Of a stretch of 6,866 nt of DNA, positions 1-6,351 are shown one piece after another (position 1 is the first letter of the stretch; each line of letters opens with the position of its first letter). The DNA is from Candidatus Vampirococcus lugosii (GTDB lineage: Bacteria > Patescibacteriota > Gracilibacteria > Absconditabacterales > Absconditicoccaceae), in contig NZ_JAEDAM010000069.1 of the NCBI RefSeq assembly GCF_018420025.1, positions 1 to 6,866 of the forward strand. The letters are read 5' to 3'. The notes beneath the pieces were generated by a model. The model saw only the letters and a list, made by a program, of their open reading frames with translations, made no database searches and had not been told where the DNA came from. The translations under genes and the position numbers were made by a program.

Positions 1-132
1 CATTTTTGAGAAGAAGAATACAAAGAACTTGCAAAATATAGTGAAGAAATAGGTATAGATTTTCTTTCTACTCCTTTTGATTTAGATGCAGTTGATTTTT
101 TAGATCCTTTGATGAAATATTTTCTTTTTTAG
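1..132 (+). pseudogene. NeuB/PseI-family nonulosonic-acid (sialic/pseudaminic acid) synthase, internal fragment entering from the left edge
   Basis: Frame 1 with TGA=Gly reads HFGEEEYKELAKYSEEIGIDFLSTPFDLDAVDFLDPLM. This is the conserved GI-x-F-x-STPFD...VDFL block from the middle of NeuB-family synthases. Similarity stops near 114, followed by KYFLF and TAG at 130-132. Confidence 0.6.
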
Positions 133-187
133 CTATATCATAGTAGTTTACTCCTATTTCAGCTATTATATAAGGTGTTTTTATCAT
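68..187 (-). pseudogene. NeuB/PseI-family synthase, 5' fragment (only the first ~25 codons are homologous)
   Basis: ATG at 187..185, 8 nt after the TAA of the upstream pseF/pseG-like gene, which is an operon-like arrangement. MIKTPYIIAEIGVNYYDIAKKENIS matches the N-terminal IIAEIGxN motif of the family. Beyond ~113 the frame reads unrelated SKDLKNQLHLNQKE and stops at TAG 70..68, because it is now antisense to the + strand fragment. Confidence 0.6.
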
Positions 188-195
188 AATAATAT

Positions 196-1818
196 TTATA
201 ATTTATTTAAAATATCTAAGAATTTATTTATTCAATTTTCAAGATTATAAGAAAGCATTTTTTTATTTATTACTTTTCTTTCATCATAATTAAATATAAG
301 ATTTTTTATCTCTTCTTCAAGTTTAGTTTTATCTATAAAATTCACAAGTCAAAGATTTTTGATACATCAAGAAAAATTTGAAAAAGTATGATGCATTTCT
401 TGTTCATTTTGAGATATAGAGATTGTAGGAACTCATATACAAGTTATCTCATAAATTGTTCTTCCATTACTTGTAAGCATAATATCTGCATTTTGTATTA
501 CTTCTCACATATTCGATATATTTTCAAGTATTTTTATATTTTGTTTTCATTTTGTTATATTTTCTAGTTTTTTTTTATGAGAATATCAAGGTCATAGAAT
601 TATATTTATATTTCAATTATAATTTATATTTTCAAGTGATTGTAAATATATACAAGTAAGATTATTTGGATCTGTTCAACCACAACTTATAGTTATATTT
701 TTTACATCTTTTGTTATTTTTTTCTTTTCTTGATTTATAATATCATCTCTAAGTATTATATATTTATGTCCATTTAGTATATTTTCTTTATCATCAGTAA
801 ATTCATAAAGTTCATTTATAGTAAAATCTGCATAATTTTTTCATTCTCATAAATCTTCAAAATTTATAACTTTTAGTTCATTTTCTTTCAAACTATCAAT
901 ATATTTTTTTGAAGTATCAAGTATATCATTTATTATTATTTTTATATTTTTTTCTTTTAAAAATTTTATTAAATATTCTTCATTGTCATATTCTATAATT
1001 TCATAAAAATTTTCATTTATTATTTTTTTTGCAAGGTTATTTCATTTTTTTGTAAAAAATGTTGGCTTTGTATTTAGGTTTAATGCTATATGTAATTGTC
1101 TATATATATGTCATAATCAAGTTTTATTATTTCAAATTACATTTATAGCAATATTTTTTTGGTTTAATAAACTTTCAACATTCACCCAGTCTGCATAAGT
1201 ATCTATATCAGTAGATTCTTGCTCTCATGTTATCACAAAATCACAAGAGTTTATATTTATTCTTGTGTTGTTTGTTAGAAAATAATCTTTTTTAACTCAT
1301 ATGATTGCTCAAGTTTCTACATATTTTTTTGGTAAAAATTGCCTATTAACTCTTTTTTCAAAATCTGCAATTATCTTTCAATTTTCTTCTTTCCAGTAAA
1401 GATGAGTTTCTTCTCTTAGACTCATAAAAGAATCCTTTCAACTTTCTATAAAGTTTTTAATAGCTTTTTCTATAGTTTTTAACTTTATCAAAGGTGATGT
1501 TGGTTGAAAAGTTATTATATAATCATAATTATTATATTTTTCACATACATCAAATATTACGGGATCCAAAGGAGTTGCATCATCTGATAAACTTTCTGGT
1601 CTATTATGAATAATTATTTCTTTACTTTTACAATTATTTTTTATTTCTTCACTTTCAGTAGTTAAAACTATATCATCAATTATTTTTGATGATTTTAAAT
1701 TATCTATTGTATAGTGTATAAGAGGTTTTCAATTAAGAGGTTTTATATTCTTTTTTGGAATTCATTTACTACTTCATCTTGCCGGTATAATTGCAAGTAT
1801 TTTTTTGTTATTGTACAT
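196..1818 (-). CDS. Fusion protein of 540 aa: N-terminal CMP-nonulosonic acid synthetase (cytidylyltransferase, PseF/NeuA-like) plus C-terminal PseG-like UDP-sugar hydrolase (GT28-type domain)
   Basis: ATG 1818..1816, TAA 198..196, no TAA/TAG in between; about 24 in-frame TGA read as Gly. N-terminus: [38 protein letters not shown] ... ITFQPTSPL ... RVNRQFLPKKYVETGAI (cytidylyltransferase motifs). From about residue 230: VIGNNKTGLGHIYRQLHIAL ... ISCGGTDPNN ... NADIMLTSNGRTIYEITCIGVPTISI (PseG/SpsG-like motifs). An upstream in-frame stop at 1833..1831 fixes the start. Confidence 0.85.
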
Positions 1819-1854
1819 TATATATAATATTTAGTAGAGTCAAAACATAACACT

Positions 1855-1882
1855 ATTATAACATTTTATTTGTAAAAATCAA
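1855..1882 (-). promoter_or_regulatory. Sigma70-like promoter candidate for the pseF/pseG-like operon
   Basis: On the minus strand, TTGATT (1882..1877), a 16-nt spacer, then TATAAT (1860..1855), ending 36 nt upstream of the ATG at 1818. The hexamers and spacing are the same as the candidate at 3227-3254. AT-rich background makes chance matches common. Confidence 0.35.
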
Positions 1883-2062
1883 ACTTAATTATTATTTAAT
1901 TTGAAATATTTTTAAAATTAATTATAAGAAAGTAGATTGTTTTTTTACTAAAACGACATTATATATACAAAAATATACCTAATATGATAAGATTTAGTTT
2001 TTAATAGTGATAATATTAATAAATTAATTAGACAAATTGCTTATAGAACAAATGCATATAAG

Positions 2063-2281
2063 ATGTGGACATATTTTATTGAAAAAAATCATATTGTTTT
2101 ATTGAAAAATAAAAAATCTATATGTTTCTTAGTACCTAAAGTTGCAAATACTTCAATAAGTTTTGCATTAGCTGATATCTTAGATATTGATACTGAAGGT
2201 AAAAGTATAAGAAAAATATTACCTCGCATACAAAAGCAAGAAGTTACAAAAAATTACAATAACTATAATAAATTTTTATAA
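2063..2281 (+). pseudogene. Sulfotransferase-like N-terminal stub (72-codon ORF; only about the first 45 codons look family-like)
   Basis: MWTYFIEKNHIVLLKNKKSICFLVPKVANTSISFALADIL carries the N-terminal PKxxxTS (PAPS 5'-phosphate-binding loop) pattern of bacterial sulfotransferase-family proteins, which are normally over 200 aa. The ORF ends at TAA 2279-2281 and overlaps, in another frame, the start of glycosyltransferase homology. Confidence 0.35.
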
Positions 2282-2351
2282 ACTTTTCCAAAGAACTTGA
2301 CAGATAAAAAAATATTGTAGAAAAAATAATATAGACAAATCTCTTTCTTTT

Positions 2352-3215
2352 ATGGAGGAAGCAAATTTTCCAAATATTTTAAGTAAATATTTTTGAAGCA
2401 AATCAAAAATTGTTATAAGTATTAGAACAAATATTAATAAAAAGTCTTGATTATATAAAAAATTAATCAAATTTTTATACCCAAAAGCAGATTTTATAAC
2501 ACCAATAGTTAAGGAATGATCTCAAAATCTTATACAAAACTATTGAATTAATCCTAAAAGAATTCAAAATATATATAATATGTTTGATATAAAAGTAATA
2601 CAAGAAAAATCAAAAGAAGATTTATGAGACTATCAAGAATTGTTTAATAACTGAAAATATACATTTATAAATATATGAAAATTTATCAATGCTAAAAATC
2701 AAAAACTTTTACTTAATGCTTTTGATAAATTTCATCAGAAAAATCCAAATACTCAACTTATAATACTATGAGATGGGGAATTAAAAGAAGAATTGAAAAA
2801 TCAAAGAAAATCTTTATCTTCAAAAGAAGACATTTACTTTTTATGAGTTCATGAAAACCCTTATAAATTTTTGGCAAATTCTGATGCTTATATAAGTAGT
2901 AGTAGTTGGGAATGAATGGGTAGAGTTTTGGTAGAAGCTATGGCTTGTTGACTATCTATTATTTCTACTGATCATCCTACATGAGCAAAAGAAATTATGA
3001 AAAAAGATATTCAAAGTTTTGAAATGGTAGATTGAGTAAGTAAAGATAAATATTGAATATTAGTTCCAGTAGATGATGAAAAATCTTTAACTCAAGCAAT
3101 GCAAGATTTGTATGATGATAAAGATTTACAAGGACATTATAGTAAACAGTCAAAATTGAGAGCAAAAGATTTTGATGTTGAAAATATTATAAATGAATGG
3201 GAAAATGTTTTATAA
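2352..3215 (+). CDS. GT-B fold glycosyltransferase (family 1/4), 5'-truncated; frame open from 2211, first ATG at 2352
   Basis: Table 25 translation: MEEANFPNILSKYFGSKSKIVISIRTN...LYPKADFITPIVKEGSQNLIQNYGINPKRIQNIYN...YTFINIGKFINAKNQKLLLNAF...QLIILGDGEL...SSSSWEGMGRVLVEAMACGLSIISTD...GILVPVDDEKSL, ending TAA 3213-3215. The EGxG...EAMAxG motif has TGA at the Gly positions. Homology continues upstream of the ATG to about 2270 (FYKLFQRTGQIKKYCRKNNIDKSLSF) without a start codon. The glycine-rich first beta-alpha-beta unit of the N-domain is absent. Confidence 0.75.
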
Positions 3216-3226
3216 ATAAATTATAC

Positions 3227-3254
3227 TTGATTTATAATATTTTTTTTATATAAT
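3227..3254 (+). promoter_or_regulatory. Sigma70-like promoter candidate for the ATPase gene
   Basis: TTGATT (3227-3232), a 16-nt spacer, then TATAAT (3249-3254), ending 33 nt upstream of the ATG at 3288. Confidence 0.35.
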
Positions 3255-3287
3255 TCAGTTATACTTTATTAATATAACAAAATAATT

Positions 3288-4532
3288 ATGACAGATAAAT
3301 TAAAAGAATATATACAAAAAGTTATTATAAGACAAAAATATTTAAAAGATTTAGAAAATTTTTGTTTTGCTCCATTTATAAAAATTATTGTATGAGCAAG
3401 AAGAGTTTGAAAAAGTTTTTATCTTTTTTCTATTATAAAAAAATTATTAGAATTAAATAAATTAAAAGAAAATCAAATTTTTTATATAAACAAAGAATGG
3501 CTTGAATATGATGATATTCAAGATTATAAAGATTTAAATAATTATTTTTTGAAATGGAAAAAAGAAAATAAAGTATGAAATAATTTTTTCTTGTGAATTG
3601 ATGAAGTGCAAGAAATAAAAGATTGGCAAAAATTTATACTTTCTATTTGGAGTAGTTATCCACAAAGTATTATTTTTATTACTTGATCAAATTCAAAATT
3701 ATTATCAAAAGATATATGAACAAATTTAAGATGAAGATATATTTCCAAAAAAATTTTTCCTCTTTCTTTAAATGAATTTAGTTTATTTTCAAATAAAAAT
3801 ATAGATAACGAATTATTATTTGAATATATAAATTATTGATGATTACCTGCAATTAATTTTATTGATGATTTAAATATAAAATTAGAATATTTAAAATGAG
3901 TTTATAATACTATTTTTGTAAAAGATTTACTTGAATATGAAAATATAAGAAATACTAATTTACTCAAAAATATACATAAATTTTTATTTAAAGAATTTTG
4001 AAATTTGATTAATTCTAAAAATATTTCAAATTTTTTAAAAAAAGAAAATATAAAAACATCAATTGAAACTATATTAAATTATATGGAATTTAGTTTTAAT
4101 TCTTTTCTTTTTGATGAAGTTAGTAGATATGATATTAGATGAAAAAAACTTTTTGAAATAACAAAAAAAATATATTCTTTTGATCTTGGAATAAGAAATA
4201 GTATTGTATGAATAAATTTACAAAATGATATTTGATGAATTTATGAAAATTTAGTTTATAATCATTTTATTTCAAATTGATTTAATGTATTTGTATGAAT
4301 ACTGTGAGAAAAAGAAATTGATTTTATAGCTGAAAAATCTTGAAAAAAAATATATATTCAAGTAGCTTATTTATTATCTGATGAAAAAGTTATTGATAGA
4401 GAATTTTGAAATCTTATGAAAATCAAAGATTGATGGGAAAAAATAGTTATTTCAAGTGATAATTTATTTGTAAATAATTATGAATGAATAAAACATTATA
4501 ATATTTTGGATTGGTTGCAAAATATGGAATAA
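3288..4532 (+). CDS. AAA+ superfamily ATPase of the COG1373 type (AAA_14 N-domain plus DUF4143-like C-domain), 414 aa, intact
   Basis: ATG 3288, TAA 4530-4532, length divisible by 3, about 22 in-frame TGA. Walker A IVGARRVGKSF has both Gly encoded by TGA (3393-3395, 3408-3410). Walker B is FFLGIDEVQEIKDW. Further family motifs: ITGSNSKLLSKDIGTNLRGRY, YINYGGLPAI, IYSFDLGIRNSI, GGIYENLVYNHF, EIDFIAEKSGKKIYIQV. Confidence 0.9.
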
Positions 4533-4709
4533 TTTGATTTATTTTTTGAAATATATATATTAGTTGTAAGTTTTTAAACAGTTAAGTTTTATACAATGAA
4601 ATTTTATTCAAAACTATTTAATTGTTTAGAAATATATATATAAATAATTTAATCTTGTATAAAATAAAAAAAAATATATATATAATATTTTATAAAATAA
4701 TTTTTAATA

Positions 4710-5105
4710 ATGAAAAATAATTTAATATATATTCACAATATAAAAGTTTATAAATATAATAAAACTTATTATACAAATAGAGCTTGGATATTTAATGAGT
4801 TTTCTAAAAATTATAATATAAAACTATATTGTAAAACTCAACTTGAAGCTATGAGTGTTTGAGTCGTTCCAATATGTGCTGATGAAGGTTGAACTTATAG
4901 AACAATAGATAATTATTATAATGGATCGTTATTCAAAAAACTTGATTAGAAAGCTTTGGCAAAAAATATTGATATGCTGTATGATAAACCTGAATTGTAT
5001 GAGGATTTGAAACAAAATGCACTTAAATATATACAAGAGTTATCTTTGGAAAAACAAGTAAAGAAAATGAGTAAAACTATAAATAATTTTTATAATTTAA
5101 AATAA
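4710..5105 (+). pseudogene. Glycosyltransferase family 1 remnant: N-terminal ~43 codons joined directly to the C-terminal ~85 codons, with an in-frame TAG
   Basis: MKNNLIYIHNIKVYKYNKTYYTNRAWIFNEFSKNYNIKLYCKTQ is followed immediately by LEAMSVGVVPICADEGGTYRTIDNYYNGSLFKKLD (the EAMAxGxPV...G motif, normally ~250 residues further in). Then TAG at 4947-4949, then in the same frame KALAKNIDMLYDKPELYEDLKQNALKYIQELSLEKQVKKMSKTINNFYNLK and TAA at 5103-5105. Confidence 0.6.
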
Positions 5106-5281
5106 GAAAAATGAATATAATTAAAAAAATCTTTTCAAGATTATATATAGCTTATGAAACAATTTAAATCAGAAATAGAGAAAATAAATGATTTACTTCA
5201 TAAACATAGTCTTATAGATCCAGAGATTGATTTAGTAAAATATTGGTGATATGATAAAATTTAGTATTAAATTATTCTCTA

Positions 5282-5322
5282 ATCTTAACAACTTCTTTTT
5301 TAAGTTTTAGTAAACTTTTATA
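5282..5322. repeat. 41-bp perfect direct repeat, copy 1
   Basis: ATCTTAACAACTTCTTTTTTAAGTTTTAGTAAACTTTTATA is identical to 6296-6336. The left boundary is sharp, with unrelated flanks. The right flank shows only weak AT-rich resemblance. Confidence 0.95.
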
Positions 5323-5518
5323 GTTAATTTTCTATCAACACTTTTATTAAAAATACTTGATTTTTTATCAATCCTATGGAAGTAAAGTATAGAAACAAAA
5401 AAGATGTTTATCTCATACCAGCTTGCTTGGTAAGTTTTATAAACCTTTAATTTTTTCTTGATTTTAAATATATAATCATTATATTTCTTTTAGTTGTATT
5501 TTTTAACCACTTATAGAA

Positions 5519-6134
5519 ATGAAATATATAAATATTCAAAAAAACTAAAAGAATTAAAGATTTTTTCAACTCAAGATTTAAAATTACTTGATGATAATTA
5601 TGATAAGTCAAAAATTTTTAAGTGGAAAAAAGCTTGATATATAAAATAAATTATAAGATGATATTATATATTATCTGATATTCATATAAATGAAAGTTTG
5701 CTTTATTTTGCATCAAATAAGATCTATCAACCAAGTTATATATCTTTGGAAAGTGCTTTTTCATACTATGGGATTATTCCTGAACAAGTATTTACTATAA
5801 ATTGAGTAAGCACAAAAAAGACAAATTATTTTAAAACAGATTTTTGAGTATTTAATTATAAAAAAATAAATCCAAAACTATTTTTCTGATATAATATAAT
5901 TTCTTTAAAAGAAAATAAAGTTCTTATTGCAAGTTTAGAAAAGGCTATATTAGATTACTTTTATTTGTATGATAATATAAAAAGCACTGTAGATTTTGAA
6001 TATTTAAGATGGAACAAAGACATACTAAAAAAAAATTAGATATTGATAAATTAAAAAAATATTGAAGTTTAATTAAAATAAAAATTATAAACAAAAGAAT
6101 AGATTTACTTCTTAAATATATAAATAAAAGATAA
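5519..6134 (+). pseudogene. abiEi: AbiEi-family antitoxin (type IV TA / abortive infection AbiE), disrupted by two homopolymer frameshifts and one nonsense codon
   Basis: Reading across three frames:
- MKYINIQK from ATG 5519.
- After a frameshift in the A7 run at 5538-5544: KLKELKIFSTQDLKLLDDNYDKSKIFKWKKAGYIK, TAA at 5647-5649, then IIRGYYILSDIHINESLLYFASNKIYQPSYISLESAFSYYGIIPEQVFTINGVSTKKTNYFKTDFGVFNYKKINPKLFFGYN...IASLEKAILDYFYLY...LRWNKDILKK.
- After a frameshift in the A9 run at 6027-6035: LDIDKLKKYGSLIKIKIINKRIDLLLKYINKR, TAA at 6132-6134.
The PSYISLESA-x-SYYG-x-IPE block is the family hallmark as I remember it. Confidence 0.75.
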
Positions 6135-6135
6135 T

Positions 6136-6279
6136 GAAAACTTAAAAGAAAAATTAAATGAATTTACAAAAAATCAAAACCTTGAAAAAATAGCTCAAGA
6201 TGTAAAGCCTTTTTTAATAAATCAAGATGAGATATATAGAGTTATCAATTTTCAAGATTTTATTGATAGTTTAAAATAA
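6136..6279 (+). pseudogene. AbiEii/AbiGii-family nucleotidyltransferase toxin, 3'-terminal remnant (~47 codons)
   Basis: An ATG at 6134-6136 overlaps the antitoxin stop (TAATG), the typical coupled start, but reads only MKT-stop. In the next frame, ENLKEKLNEFTKNQNLEKIAQDVKPFLINQDEIYRVINFQDFIDSLK (TAA 6277-6279) resembles the extreme C-terminus of AbiEii toxins (D-V-x-P-F-l motif). The roughly 200-plus residue nucleotidyltransferase core is missing. Confidence 0.5.
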
Positions 6280-6295
6280 CCACTACCCTTTTTTT

Positions 6296-6336
6296 ATCTT
6301 AACAACTTCTTTTTTAAGTTTTAGTAAACTTTTATA
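6296..6336. repeat. 41-bp perfect direct repeat, copy 2
   Basis: Identical to 5282-5322. It lies 16 bp downstream of the flippase stop codon (6354..6352). Confidence 0.95.
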
Positions 6337-6351
6337 ATTTATAATCAAAAA

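Noticed and set aside
115-122. Palindrome AAATATTT at the NeuB junction as a specific recombinase or invertase site
   Set aside because: An 8-bp all-A/T palindrome is expected by chance many times in DNA of this composition. It is noted only as possible microhomology.
2276-2470. 64-aa minus-strand ORF from the supplied track
   Set aside because: It is low-complexity, has no recognisable motif, and lies antisense to the + strand frame that carries clear glycosyltransferase homology. It is an artefact of standard-code ORF calling in AT-rich DNA.
4551-4684. Three (AT)n runs (4551-4560, 4632-4642, 4674-4684) and short GAAATATATATAT direct repeats in the intergenic region, considered as a repeat array or regulatory operator set
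   Set aside because: These are simple dinucleotide low-complexity sequence in an intergenic AT-rich spacer. They show no regular spacing or unique spacers and are not CRISPR-like.
5111-5264. Two overlapping small ORFs: MNIIKKIFSRLYIAYETI (5111-5167) and MKQFKSEIEKINDLLHKHSLIDPEIDLVKYWGYDKI (5154-5264)
   Set aside because: There is no motif I can assign. They could be another N-terminal gene stub split by a frameshift, but the evidence is insufficient to report as a feature.
5302-5317. Hairpin AAGTTT-tagt-AAACTT inside the 41-bp repeat as a rho-independent terminator
   Set aside because: The stem is only 6 bp with a single G:C pair (five A:T) and has a poor downstream T-tract, so it is too weak to call. 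It may contribute to the repeat's function, but the sequence alone does not support it.
5323-5518. Unassigned spacer between repeat copy 1 and abiEi. It includes a 60-codon start-less minus-strand open frame (..KVYKTYQASWYEINIFFVSILYFHRIDKK..) that reads into the repeat, and a 24-codon + strand ORF (5376-5450)
   Set aside because: There is no start codon or recognisable family. It may be debris of a further gene, but I cannot support a call.
5538-6035. Programmed ribosomal frameshifting or phase-variable poly-A tracts restoring an intact AbiEi
   Set aside because: Even with both frameshifts corrected, an in-frame TAA at 5647-5649 remains and the partner toxin is deleted. Decay is the more economical explanation, although homopolymer sequencing error is not excluded.
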